A stretch of 52,479 nt of DNA, from positions 1 to 52,479 of the forward strand of contig JAHBMJ010000238.1 of assembly GCA_018398765.1 (NCBI GenBank). Reading direction: 5' to 3'. This document shows, piece after piece, positions 1 to 12,610 of this stretch. The translations under genes and the position numbers were made by a program. Numbering within the stretch: position 1 is the first letter of the stretch; each line of letters starts with the position of its first letter. The DNA comes from Chromera velia. Lineage: Eukaryota. The notes under the pieces are model-generated. The model had not been told where the DNA came from, ran no database searches, and worked only from the letters and a program-made list of their open reading frames with translations.

Positions 1-44
<44 letters not shown>

Positions 45-142
45 CACATAACAGAAAGAGTGAATGAAGAACTCATAGAAAAAGGCACGAGGAGAGAAAA
101 GAGGGAGAGAGGGAGAGAGAGAGAGAGGGGGGGGGGGGGGGG
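1..142. repeat. (GA)n microsatellite and poly-G run
   Basis: Directly visible AG dinucleotide tracts ending in a G homopolymer. Confidence 0.9.
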
Positions 143-1273
143 TTTCCTCCCGGTATTTCCCCTTCCTCCCTGTTTCATCTTCGCTTTCTCTTTTGTTTTT
201 CTCCATTTATCTCTCCTTTAAATTATCTCAATCCTGTATATGTTTGCTCCGTTTTTCCTTTTCTCAATCCCGTCATGCAGACTCTCGACTGTGACTTCCT
301 CTTTGGACTCGCTTCTCTCCTCCCTATAGTGACTATCCCCTCCTCTTTTTGTATCCCCAAAGCTCCCTAGCCAAGCTCTTTTTTCCTGTCTCCTCCCCCC
401 TTCTTTTTTTTTTCTCTCTCGGAGTCTTTTTTCTGTCTCTTTCTTCTCTTTTTGACTTCTCACTGGAGGAAATCCTCCGCTGAAATCATGCACCTTTCTT
501 TTCTTTCTGTTGCCATGTGAATTACTCTTTCCTTTCCAATCGCTATGCCATTAGTTTAAACCACATGAATCTTATATGATGGTATGTGTGCAGCTGCATT
601 CCTTCCTGATTTGAAAGTTGCAGATCGATAAGCAACAACCTGTGCCAATGGGATTCGCTTTAGATGCAACCCCCAGCCTGGGGTGTCATTTTTGCTTGAA
701 GGTCACGTATTTCCATGCACATGCATGTAAATGACAGCTAAACTGTGCCGAAATATTTAACTTTGAAACACTTGTGTCAGCTGCTGGGTTCGACGCGCGC
801 GCGCTATAGAGCTGGGTGTGCGCAAGCTGTTTTGAAGTTAGATCCCAGGCCGGCTTCTTTTTAAAAAATTTAGTGACATGCATTTATAAAAAATAATTCA
901 AAAATTTAATTTGTTCAGCACTTAAAGCGTGGATCTGAGTTGGATCATAGTGCTCTAAGGCACCACTAATCACTAATCACTAATCATCTGATAAAGCAGT
1001 TTTCTAGTTTTTTATTACTAATTAATAGACTATTAAATATTTTATATAAAAAAATGTTTATAATTCACTTTTAAACCACCGTAAACCACTCAGTCTAGAT
1101 AAACTAGATTTCAAAGGAATTCAAAATTGCATGACAGTGTATTAGTTTCTACAAAATGTGCCACATTATATATGACTGATATAGTCATATTATATATTTT
1201 TTATAAATAATTAGTTGATGAATAAATAATGTATGATCATCTCTTTCATTCTCAATTATAGGGTATTAGGTGG

Positions 1274-1505
1274 ACGTCCCTGAACCTAACTACCATTTGA
1301 AAGTTCAAGCCGCATTTTTGGATAAGCTTGAAAGTCCGTGCTGCAAGCGTGGATCATTTACGGTGTCTTGAAAGCCAAAGGCGCATATCTGGACGGTGTC
1401 TTGGCCGTCTATGCCGCAGGCGTTGACGGTCTCTTGAAAAACGATGCCGCAGATAGAGACCATCTTAATAATATTTTTTGAAGTAGCACTTAGGTTCAGG
1501 GAGGT
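1274..1505. mobile_element. MITE, 16-bp TIRs, 10-bp TSD (superfamily uncertain; TSD length is MULE-like)
   Basis: Left end ACGTCCCTGAACCTAA (1274) and right end TTAGGTTCAGGGAGGT (ends 1505) are reverse complements with 1 mismatch. TATTAGGTGG flanks both sides (1264-1273, 1506-1515). Internal repeated motifs ACGGTG/CTCTTG and ATGCCGCAG. Confidence 0.8.
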
Positions 1506-2574
1506 TATTAGGTGGAAAATTTTAAATTTAGGCTAGAATTTAGGCTTTTTTGAATGAGTTAAGATAAAAGTCCAATTTGAGGGCAAAAGTCTACTTTTAA
1601 AGGCACAAGCCTTACCGCATGCAACAAATGTTTATTCAAGTCCCCCCTCCCTGTCCAAATCCAACAAACAGGCAGTATAATGAATTTGTGCAAAGTCCTT
1701 TGATTCATGGCTTCGTATAAGTCCCCCCTTGCCCCCTTCCTGGCCTTGCTGGTCCTTTTCCGATCTCTTTTTGTAACTGTCACATGCCCATCCCATCTCA
1801 GTAATGGTACTGCCTGGGTCGAAACAAGATACAAACACGCCGGAATGGAGAGAAAATAAGATATATGATGCCCCTCTCTGGTTCTATCAGCCCCTCTTAT
1901 ACTCCTTCCCCGTATTTTCTACACTGCTCAATCGCCCAACGGATGTGAAAAGCCCTCTGAGATACATTTCTCCTCACCCATTCTGCAGACAGGTCAGCAA
2001 ACACAATTTCTGCTGCTCTACGGACTCTTTTGTTCACGTTCTTCCTACATATATCTCTATTGCTCGTCTTTCTATCCCATTCCGCTTTTATTGTAGAGAT
2101 TTGATGATTATACCCCATCATACTGCAGCTCTAGCTATTCTGCACATAAACGTATATGTCTAGCTTGCATGACAATACATGATAATACATGCAAGATTTT
2201 AGGTTTCAACTTCTTATATTTCAGATACCATTTTTTAGTACTTCTTTCATTCTTAGAACGTCCAATTATCTCTAATTTTAAAAAATTGACGTTAAATTAA
2301 ATTTAGGAATTTTAATTCATTTAGATTCTAATTTTTAATGCCCAATTCAACTCTGAATTCTTTGGGAGAGTGTAGGGCTGTCCTGGCTAAGAGTCTTCGA
2401 AGAGGGAATTAAGCCTGTTGCTAGGAAGTTATGTAAAAAAAAAATTTAAAAAAAAAAAGAAACGATGGGAAACGATCTGTATAAGGGCAAATGTAAAGTT
2501 GGAGGTATGAAGTGGCTTGACATCGGTAGCAAACAGCTTTCAATTAATTATTATTGCCAAAGATTCGCCATCTA

Positions 2575-2872
2575 CTAGGCGTGATCCCAATAGTTTTCAA
2601 TTTTTAAATAAAGTGATGACACTCCCACCGGTAAAATTTTCTTTTTAAACACTTTGCTTTTTTTATTCTCACTTTACTAGCTAGCTTTACTAGACACTTA
2701 ATTTTAATAATAATAAAACTACCTTGCAAAGAACGCTAGAAAAGTAATGTGTTCTTTCAGTTCTGGTTCCAATTTTTCTTCTTTACGTGTCTTAATGTTT
2801 TAAATTATTTATTTAAAGTGAAATCATCGTCACTTTAATATAAATAAATATATTAATTGGGATCACCCCTAG
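2575..2872. mobile_element. MITE, 17-bp TIRs, 8-bp TSD
   Basis: CTAGGCGTGATCCCAAT ... ATTGGGATCACCCCTAG (1 mismatch). TSD GCCATCTA at 2567-2574 and 2873-2880. AT-rich non-coding interior. Confidence 0.85.
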
Positions 2873-2892
2873 GCCATCTATGATCATCTATA

Positions 2893-3660
2893 TAGTGACC
2901 AGATTTGATTTGATTTGAGCTTCAAGCTCAAATCTAACCAGATTTGAGGTAAATTTGAGGTTGAAGTCTAGAGGTTACTGAGACTATCACTCTCGATAGC
3001 ACTGAAGACGACGTACATAACACAGTTGACACCACTAGCAAATCCTAGAAAGCCCTAGAGACAAGAAAATCACTAAAAATTAGACTAAAAGCTAAATTAA
3101 GACTCTCAAAATTAATGAACTATTGTAAAAGCTAAGAGCTTATATAAGTTTTTATCTTAGAGTCATCATAGAGAGTCATCTTAATTAGCATCTTAATGTA
3201 AGACTAGAATTTTTACTTAACCATTCATAAGTGTAGCCAAATTTTACTAATTTTATGCCTTAAATTCCTTTCAAAACTGTAAACGAAAAAGTGGACCAAA
3301 ACTTTAATATAGTTGGAAACTGCACTTCTCAACTTTTGAATCTCTAGTTTACCTTAAAACTGCTACACTTAACTACCAACAAAAAGACGGAGCTCTTTTT
3401 CACTGAACAGACATTTAAAAAAGCTTTCAGGCGTTCATATTCATATGAAACTGATAAAAAAATCTTTTTGTGATCATTTTTTTTTTTTTCGCATAAAAAA
3501 GTGCGAAGACTCATTTGAGAGACTGGATGACGGACTCAGACGGATTGACCTCGAAGATTTGAGGTTAAAAGGTCAGATTTGAAGTCGATTTGATAGGATT
3601 TAATAGTCTCTATCATGCTAAGCCCTACTTCAAATCAAATCAAATTAAATCTGGTTACTA
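2893..3660. mobile_element. Non-autonomous hAT-like element (MITE), copy 1
   Basis: TIRs TAGTGACCAGATTTGATTTGATTTG ... CAAATCAAATTAAATCTGGTTACTA. 8-bp TSD CATCTATA (2885-2892, 3661-3668). TAG termini plus an 8-bp TSD are typical of hAT. Subterminal ATTTGA(GG) repeats. Confidence 0.9.
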
Positions 3661-3766
3661 CATCTATATATAAACTTAGTGTACGGTAAGTGCATTAGTA
3701 ACATGCCAGTGTACCTATACTGCTTTGTACTGATTTTATGAAAGAAAGGCGGAGGCATCCAATCGG

Positions 3767-4050
3767 ATGGCCAGCCAGCAGCGTGAAGTCTCTCTCTCCA
3801 AAGGCTCCAAACGCCTATCAACCAATTTTTGCCAATCATCACCAAGCTTAACAGAAAAAGAGGAAGGACCTACGTACGCTATCAGACTTTCAGAGAAGAA
3901 AAAAAGGAAACGGTTCAGCACAACTAGGAAGGAAGGAAACGAGGAAGGAATGGGAAAAGCAGGAAGGAGAAATAAGCAGAGGAGGGAAGGCCTCTTGCAC
4001 ATTGTCGTACAGTGCAGGTTGTACTGCATGGAGCTTGCATGCCTGCCTGT
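3767..4050 (+). pseudogene. Possible decayed LINE C-terminal (CCHC-like) fragment
   Basis: Translation contains EGLLHIVVQCRLY, resembling the E-D-x-x-H-x-x-x-x-C motif of both LINEs in this window (DEVHVLTEC, EDKIHLVTECPVF). The rest is degenerate. Confidence 0.25.
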
Positions 4051-5939
4051 GCTGTTTAATGTGACCTTTCTCTCCTCTGTGTACCTCCGTTTTCCCTTAC
4101 AAAAGTCAATTAATCGGGAAGGTAAATCGACTCTCCCTCTCTCTCTTTCTTTATTTACCCCTCTTTCTCTCTTTGTGTCTCTCCCTCTCAGAGTCTTCTT
4201 TCTTTCTTGAGTCAATATTCTCTTCCTACCTAACCAACAGAGTTCACTAGTCAGTTAAGTCCCGTCCCGTCTTGTCTTTCTCCCCCCAGACGCATACAAT
4301 GTCATGCACACATTCCCATTGCATGCATCTTCTGGACTGCAGGTCTGCCTGTCTCCCACTCCAACTCTCTCTCTACAGGAACTCCCTCCTGCAGAAAGAA
4401 CAAAGGGTAGCCATGTGTCCAAGTGGAGGGACGGGAAGCAACTAGGGGAAGCAACGGAGGGGACAGCAGGAGAGGAGAGGTGAGGTGAGGGAATCAATGG
4501 GCCTTAGTGGGAGGAAGGGAGTAACCAGGACAACATTATTATCGTATGCATGCCTGATGTAGACAGAGATACACCATGTAGCCAATACAGAGAGAAGAAG
4601 GAAGGAAGAAAGGAAGGAAGGAAGGAAGGAAGGATCAAATGAATCCGGATGGTCAGAGAGAAGAGAGAAGGGGCAGAAAAGAAGAAGAACAACAAGCAAA
4701 AAACGAGATAGACCCAGGCAACCCCACCCTTTTCTTCAATCATTGATATGGGACAATCGGATTTACAAGAGAAGAAACTAATCAAAATTCACTTCTGATA
4801 AACAGCCATGCCTTGCAAAAGAGAATAGGGACTGCCAACATCACAATTCCACCAGCAATGCAACCACGCACGCATACGCACAGACACAGACACATGCAGA
4901 CAGACATTGGAATGATGTTGACATGGATCCTAAGTGAAGTTAAGAAAGGCGAAAACGGATAGATGATGTCAACATTCGTTTTCTTTCCTTCCTTTCTTCC
5001 TTCCTTCCTTCCTTCCTTTCTTCCTTCCTTCCTTCTTTCTTTCTTTCTTTCTTTCTTTCTTTTTTTCTTTCTTTCTGTCTGTCTGTCTGTCTGTCTGTCT
5101 GTTTCTCTGGGGCGACGGATCGAAAAATCGATCGCGTTGCACTCATAGTCCAATTATAAAATAAGCGTTCCTTAAAACCAAATTAAAGGAAGACAAACGT
5201 CGTCATTGAGATTCTACCTTGAAAGAAAGCTGTGACCTGCAAGGCTTTCTTTGCATTTCCTTGAAATGTTCTTTCACCTATTGCTTCCTTAATTCGCTGT
5301 CGCTCTATCAAAAGGGTATCATCTAATGTGAGAAGACGATCTTCACTGCTTTTCCTCTTCTCACCCTGCTTTCAAAGTCTGCATTGGTCGAGGTCCCTTT
5401 CTCCCTTGCAACCCCCAATGCTCTCTGGCCATTTCAAAATCTTTTTTTCTTTTTTTCTTTCTTTTTTTCTTTCTTTCTTTCTTTCTTTCTTTTTTTCTTT
5501 TTTTCTTTCCGCCTGGTCTCCCGCCACGATTATGCATATACAAAGGAAAGGAAAAAGAACATTAGAAGTAAAAAGAGAGGTGCCAAAGGTAGTCGGCATC
5601 AGACATCAGAAGAGTAATGCAGACCAGGCAGACAGATATATACAAAGCAAAGAGAAAAGGAAGGAAATTAGGTGACAAGGAGCAAGAAAGAGCCACAAAG
5701 CATAAAATGAACCTATCTAAGAATCACGCCTAAAATTATGCCCTCATTTGTGATTGCGTTGCGATTGATCAATCACGACCTCATGATGCCTTCTGATCCC
5801 CCCCCCTTTCACTCCAACCCCTAGCTCCAACCCTTTTTCTCTCTTTAGCTCCACTGCTGCATGGGCTCCCTTGGTGCCTTCTCTTCGTTTGCATTTTTTC
5901 TGTAGATGAGATGATGTGATCCTTCTTCATGTGCTTTGC

Positions 5940-6260
5940 TTTCCTCCTCTCGTGCCGTCTTTTTTTCTTCCTTTGTTCTTTGAAATAATCAAACAGCAGG
6001 AAGGACAAATTTTGTATGCAGCAGTGTGCAAGGAACCAGCCGTCTTTTTGCCCCTCTCTTATGCCTTCTTTCCTCCTTTATTCTTTGAAATAATCAAACA
6101 GCAGCAAGAACAGATTTTATGTGCAAGGAACCAGCCGTCTCCCCGCCCCTCTCTCGTGTTCTCTTTCCTCCTTTGTTCTTTGAAACAATTGAACAGCAAG
6201 AAGGATGGATTTTATACGCAGGGAACCAGCCGTCTCCGGACCCTGCCTCTCTCTCATGCC
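5940..6260. repeat. Diverged tandem repeat, ~95-105-bp unit, about 3 copies
   Basis: Core CCTTT(G/A)TTCTTTGAAA...AACAGCA...GGAACCAGCCGTCT recurs near 5970, 6075 and 6170. Confidence 0.85.
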
Positions 6261-6477
6261 CGTGCCCCCCGAACTCCTTATCAGAGAAGCTGCCGCAAGA
6301 ATAATGGACCCTTAGGACCACCCGCTCGAGTCTTTATATATAGACAGTCAGACGGATGCAGGTCCTCTGCCAGACGGACAGTCAGACAAATGCATTTATT
6401 TTCATACAGATATACAAAACATACATACATACAGACAGACAGATATACACACATGCATACACACATACACACACACA

Positions 6478-6523
<46 letters not shown>

Positions 6524-6552
6524 TAGAGAGAGACAGAAACACATACACATAC

Positions 6553-6583
<31 letters not shown>

Positions 6584-6606
6584 CATACACACATACACAA
6601 AGAGAG

Positions 6607-6645
<39 letters not shown>

Positions 6646-7017
6646 TAAATAGACAGACAGACAGACAGATAGATAGACAGACGGACAGACTATATATTTT
6701 TTCTTCTCCCTTTTTTTTTTCATAAACACAATAAACAGACGGACAGACAGACAGACAGACAAACAGACAGGAGAAAGACAAAGAAAGAGAAAGAAGGGGG
6801 GAATTATAGAGATTTCATAGGAGAGAGCTGCAGTACGGAAGTAAGGAAGGAGTTGAAAGAAATTAAGTGGGAGGCTTTTTGGTTATCAGTCGGAAGCACA
6901 AAATACTTTCGGGTTCAAAGACAGCGAAAGGGTTCAAGGCATGGGAATCAGAGGTAGTAAGGAAGGCCGGCAGAGCAAAGCATGCAGCATGGCAATGCAG
7001 GAGGAGGACGAGAAAGG

Positions 7018-7058
<41 letters not shown>

Positions 7059-7164
7059 GACATGCAGCTCTATGTATGCAAAAGAAAGATGAAAAAGGAA
7101 AAAATAGACCCACCTACCCACCCACCCTCAGATAGGGATAGCTCCTTATTCTTCAACGGATTGT

Positions 7165-8688
7165 GACGCTCCACGATGATGTGCATGTAGGTGTAGGGAA
7201 GAGAAGTTGAAGAGGACCCCCTAGACAGTCCTGTGGGGGCCGCTTCAAGTCCTATCCTCTCCCTTTCCCTTTCTCTCTTGCTTGTTTGGCCAGAAGCATG
7301 TGCAGTCTCCGTGGGAAAGTGCGAATCTGAGGAAGAGTGCATCCTCTCACCTCTATGGCCGCCAGATTGAAGTTCATCAAGAGGATAGGGGCGAGAATCA
7401 CGGAGACTGACAGTGTCTATAAAGGCGTGACCGAACGTTCCCCGCCCCCCCCCCTTAAGGCTTCTGTGCTCATCGTCTGAACTCGGCCATGCCTATGAGA
7501 TAGCTTAGCCTCCTCTTGAGTAGAAAGAAAGGGAGGAGAGAAAGCACCTAAAAGAAACGGCGTTAGGTTTCCACTGCCAGGTTCATCCGGCGTTGCGTAG
7601 CCATCCAGAGGGGTGGAGGGACCTGTTAGGGTAGGGCGTCGTCTGGGCCTTCCGTTGGCTGCTGGGAGCTCCGGGTAGCCACCATATAGGAGGCTATAGG
7701 GGGGGCAGTGGAGGGGGAAGGGGAAAGAGCCTGCTGAGGCGTCTCTATAAGATTGTGCAGCTACGCAGGCTGCTGCACCGTGCATGATCTCGGCGGCTTC
7801 CAATCCCCCCCACAACACAACAGAGGCTGTTGCTGCTGCTGCCCCCCCTACGGGGCCTCTGCCTCTGCCGGTACGGGGAAGAGGGGGATAGGACAGAGGA
7901 CTCCTTTCACATACTATGCCTATGCTGCTGTGCGTAGACAAAAATGGGGGGAAGCAGGTGCTGCCCCCAGACCGGGAAGTGAGGGCGGCCTGTATGAGTG
8001 AATTCTCCTGCAGAACTCTATCGTATTTGGCCTGCAGAATCAATTTATTCTATTTCATTCCCTCCCACTCATTTATTCATTCGAACAGATAGACAGTATA
8101 ATTTGATTTCCGTCTATTCCATTCAGGCCATCATAAGAGAACAAGTCTCAAAAGAGGGAAGATGGGAACATAGACACCTTCCCGTCAAAACCCCAAGCGT
8201 CTCCTCCCACCTCCTGTATTCGCTCACAGAGGCTCAGGCACAAAAGAAGAAAAACACTTAGACTTAGTGTATGTTTTTATTTTCTTTCTTCCTTCCCTTT
8301 ACGTGCACGACAGACGCACAAAAAAGACAGACAGATCATGTATTTTGCACTGACAAACAGACAGGCAGACAGAGATTAGGGATTCTTTATTTTGTCTTTC
8401 CACTTTTTGCCCATTCACATATACCTCGTTGGTTTTCTTTTTGGGATAGAGAGACAAACAGACGGACGATATGGTTTCTTTCCCTCCTTTTCTTCATGGA
8501 CAAAACAGACAAAAAAAAAGAAAGCCAGAGAGACAGTCAGAAAGACTGTTTGTTTTGTACTTTTCCCTTTCCTTTTTTTCTATTCCCGAAAGACACAGAG
8601 ACAAAGAGAAAGACGGACTGACCCGCAAAGCATCGAGCTGGCTTTGAAGCTTGTTTGCCTGGAGCTGTACATGCTCTTTGTGGACGAG
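7165..8688 (-). pseudogene. Spliced hypothetical protein fragment (short coiled coil then Pro/Gly/Ser-rich region), probably a decayed gene
   Basis: Exon 8688-8623 (LVHKEHVQLQANKLQSQLDALR, AG/GT bounded) splices in phase 0 to an exon starting at 8031 (AKYDRVLQENSLIQAALTSRS...). Coding-like sequence continues past the stop at 7417 in another frame. No clean start exon found. Confidence 0.4.
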
Positions 8689-9204
8689 CTGCGAACAATT
8701 AAGACAGGAGGGAGGGAGAAATGTACGTTGGCTAGCTGTGGTGCATGAAGAATGCTTTCCCTTCTTTTCTTTTTTGCTTATCTGTGGGCGCTCCATTGGG
8801 ACAGCAAGATACACAACAGGCTGGATGGCTGGATGGACCACGTCTCGTGGAGGAAAGGCAATTAAAGATATGCAGCTGAAAGTGTTGCGTTAATTGTTAC
8901 AGCTTGAGAGAGAGTTGTGCTGTGCTTTTTGAGGGAGAGTCGAGGGCTGAAACGGAGTGGCCAACATCTGGATGCGAAGGGAGACTCTGAGGAGAGGGGA
9001 GGAAAAACAAAGGTGGAAGAAAGGAAGGTCAGGTAAATACATTTACGTTCAAGGGTGATACTATCAGTTTGAGTTGAGGGAGCAAGGCGTTCGGTAGCTT
9101 TATTGAATGCAGGAAGGAAGTTCAACGCACAGGGCGACCGTCTTCTCTCCGACTTTCTTCAATGTTGAACAGATTCATTGTCTTTGTGGGAGAATGAACG
9201 GAAG

Positions 9205-9210
9205 GGAGGA

Positions 9211-9241
<31 letters not shown>

Positions 9242-9343
9242 TCTTAGAAAGAAAGAAAGAAAAGAAGGAAGAAAGGAAGGAAAGAAGAAAGAAAGAAAGA
9301 AAGAAAAAAAGAAAGAAAGAAAGAAAAAAAAAAAGAAAAAAAA

Positions 9344-9375
<32 letters not shown>

Positions 9376-9417
9376 AAAAACGAAAAGAAAATTATAAAAA
9401 GAAGAGAAAGAAAACAA

Positions 9418-9453
<36 letters not shown>

Positions 9454-9535
9454 CAGACAGACAGACAGACAGACAGAAAGAAAGAAAGAAAGAAAAAAAG
9501 AAAGAAAGTCTCAGAAAGAAAGAAAAAAAGAAAAA

Positions 9536-9571
<36 letters not shown>

Positions 9572-9815
9572 CAGATAGACAGACAGACAGACAGACAGAA
9601 AGACAGAAAGACAGAAAGACAGAAAGAAAAGAAAGAAAAGAAAGGAAAGAAAGGAAAGAAAGAAAAGAAAGAAAAGAAAGAAAAGAAAGAAAAGAAAGAA
9701 AAGAAAGAAAAGAAAGAAAAGAAAGAAAAGAAAGAAAGAAAGAAAGAAAGAAAAAAAGAAAAAAAGTCTTAGAAAGAAAGACAGAAAGAAAAGAAGAAAG
9801 GAAGGAAAGAAGAAA

Positions 9816-9848
<33 letters not shown>

Positions 9849-9932
9849 AAAAAAGAAAAGAAAAAAAAGAAAGAAAGAAAGAAAGAAAGAAAAAACGAAA
9901 AGAAAATTATAAAAAGAAGAGAAAGAAAATAA

Positions 9933-9976
<44 letters not shown>

Positions 9977-10148
9977 CAGACAGAAAGAAAGAAAGAAAGA
10001 AAGTCTCAGAAAGAAAGAAAGAAAAGAAAAAAAGAAAGAAAGAAAGAAAGAAAGAAAGACAGATAGACAGACAGACAGACAGAAAGACAGAAAGACAGAA
10101 AGAAAAGAAAGAAAAGAAAGGAAAGAAAGAAAAGAAAGAAAAAAAGAA

Positions 10149-10184
<36 letters not shown>

Positions 10185-10195
10185 AAAAAAGGAGA
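9205..10195. repeat. Large (GAAA)n/(GACA)n compound satellite with internal block duplication
   Basis: About 1 kb of purine tract. Unique anchors (GTCTTAGAAAG, AAAAACGAAAAGAAAATTATAAAAAG, GTCTCAGAAAG) each occur twice. Confidence 0.9.
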
Positions 10196-11564
10196 GAAAG
10201 AAAAGGCATTTTACTCACTAACAGACCCTGTAGACGGTGTCATCGTTTTCGGGAGAATTCTGCAGATGCACGCACAGACACAGACATAGACACATACACA
10301 CATACACACACACACACAGAGGGGGGGGGGGNGGGGGGGGGGGGGAACATATACAAAAAGAAGAAAAGAAACAGCTGAAATTGAGGGAACGTATACGTAC
10401 TTCTGTTGCGCATATTTTATTCCAATTCCAGTTTCCGCCTCACTCGTCCATTCTTCTGTTTCGATGCTAATCCATACATTTAAACTTCACTCTCCACTTC
10501 TTCTTTCCTTCCATAGATGGACGGACTCCCTGTTTCTTCCTTCTTCTCACCGCGAATCCACTGGCAAACGCCTGCAGGACAGCAGTTTTACTTTCCGTGT
10601 CTGCGAAAGATATAAACATTCTTTGCTTTCTCCATTTCTCTATCCTTTCCCTCCATATATACAATAAGACAATAAACATTAACAGAAACAACAGGAAAGG
10701 CTTCCCCGAAATTCAAATTCGGAAGGGACTCCAATCTACAGAAAGAAGTAGAAAAAGGCAGGAAAGGAAATATATGGAAACTTTAAGGAAAAAAACGCAC
10801 CAAAAATTTATGAAGGCAGGCATGGAGGAACTTAAAAGACTTAGGGGAAGAAGGCAGCAAGAGCTGGAGACAGGAAGGGAAAAAGAAAAAAGGATGAAAC
10901 AAACGAAGCGACGAACCATAAAAGGGAAGAAACGAGGAATTGAATGAAGAAAAAAAGAACTGAAAGATCGGTATATCAGTCTAGCCTTAGATACATCAGG
11001 TCTGTCTGTCTGTCTGTCTATCTGTCTGTCTGTCTCAATGTGTGTCAATGCCCTTTCTTCTGAGTCAATCAATCGATCTGACTTGGCCTCTTCATGCGTC
11101 TTCTTTTCTTGCTTGTCCAGACAGATAAGATTCTGGACGCAAACCAGCAGAAATCAAAAATTCAACCACCACCATAGAGACAGGCGCTAGACAAGAACGT
11201 AGGGACCCAACGCGGTATTTTCAGGAGAGGAGCAAACAAGAGTGAAACAGGGTTGAAGAGTTTGAAGCGAATAGAAACAATCTATAAAAAAGAAGTTACA
11301 CACTGACAAAAGTCCAGATACAAGTGAAACGGCCTTCCCCGTCCGCATCTGAGCTCACGCTGCGTTTTGCGAGGAACTCCCCGGCTTCTTTTCTCCTTCT
11401 GCAATATTTAGAATAACTTCTGGGTCATTAGTTTGAGCGCCCAGATACTCCAGCCGTTCTTGCCTCTTGGTATGCTGTCTTTGACGTCGAAGGTCGGCAG
11501 GTGCAAGACGCATACTTGGCCCTTCCCCAGACCCCCTTTAAGGCGAGTTCATTGATCTAACAGA

Positions 11565-12382
11565 TAGTGACCATGTTTGATTTGATTATATTTGATTTGA
11601 TTTGATTTGATTTGATTTGAGCTTCAACCTCAAATATTTGATATTTGAGGTAAGATTTGAGGTTAACCTCTTAGGGTTCCTCACTGAGTCACTGACTTAC
11701 TGTCACTCTGATCATTTTTCTCATGACAATAGTTATCAAAACATTTCTGATGTGTGTTTCAAAAATTTAAAAAATATATATAAAATTATAACTTATCAGT
11801 TCCGTAAAAAAAATATGCCTGTGTGGCAGTGTATATGCACTAGTCACTGAGACTCACTCTAGTACTAATAGAGATTAAGAACATAAAATTGATAGATTTG
11901 AAATTGCATATGACTTTTTGTTGATACGATAAAGTTAGAGCACGTACCAAAATTGAGGTGACAATCACTCAGCTTTATGGCATTTCCTTTTCCTCTTCTT
12001 CATGATCACTTTCTTCAATGTGAATCGAATTGATCGGTGGTGGGAGCTGCTGAGAGCTTTTTTTCTAGCTTTTCGGCTTTCCAGGAGTGGGTGCTCCTGG
12101 GCTTCTATTCAGTTGTGGAGAGATGACAACGGGGTGAGACAGAGAACCGCGCACACGTTTTTTTTTTAGAGCAAACCATCAAAATTGAATCAGTATGCGT
12201 GACGGATCGGTACTTGCAAAAGTTTTTTCAAAACCTTCATATTTGAGGTTAAAAGTCATATTGATCAAATATTTGATCGTATTTGATAGGTCTTTAAACA
12301 CTAAGTCCTCCCTGACTGGATATTTGATTTGAGTTTAAGCCCTATCTTAAATTAAATCAAATCAAATCAAACATGGTTACTA
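11565..12382. mobile_element. Non-autonomous hAT-like element (MITE), copy 2, same TIR family as 2893-3660
   Basis: TAGTGACCATGTTTGATTTGATT ... AATCAAATCAAACATGGTTACTA. 8-bp TSD CTAACAGA (11557-11564, 12383-12390). Subterminal blocks (TTTGAGCTTCAA, ATTTGAGGTTAAAAG, AAGCCCTA) are shared with copy 1. Confidence 0.9.
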
Positions 12383-12610
12383 CTAACAGAGCTCGTACTT
12401 AGGTAAGGGGTAAAAAACAACAGAGCAACAAACGTGAGAGTTTGGCATGATCCAAGCCAAAGCGGCCAGGTTACGTGGCAGAATCCAAAGGGGAATCATG
12501 TGATCGCCTGTAACATTTTTTGTAATTTCTGTCAAATATCATGGTTGGAAATATTAGAAAAATGATAGGAATTTGAATCAAATTTTTAATACTTTTCTAT
12601 CACTTTTCTA

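Noticed and set aside
674..852. Possible MITE with CAGCCTGGG / CCCAGGCCG ends
   Set aside because: A short imperfect match with no TSD.
218..2121. Short - strand ORFs (218-493, 1559-2121) as LINE remnants
   Set aside because: Only vague resemblance to LINE linker or C-terminal regions, with no diagnostic motif.
5220..5276. Nested hairpins (AAAGAAAGC/GCTTTCTTT)
   Set aside because: The arms are low-complexity GAAA/TTTC sequence, which is abundant here.
9178..9912. 244-aa Lys/Glu/Arg-rich ORF, and the many similar HT, CV, LS and RE-repeat ORFs in the track
   Set aside because: These are translations of stop-free microsatellites, not genes.
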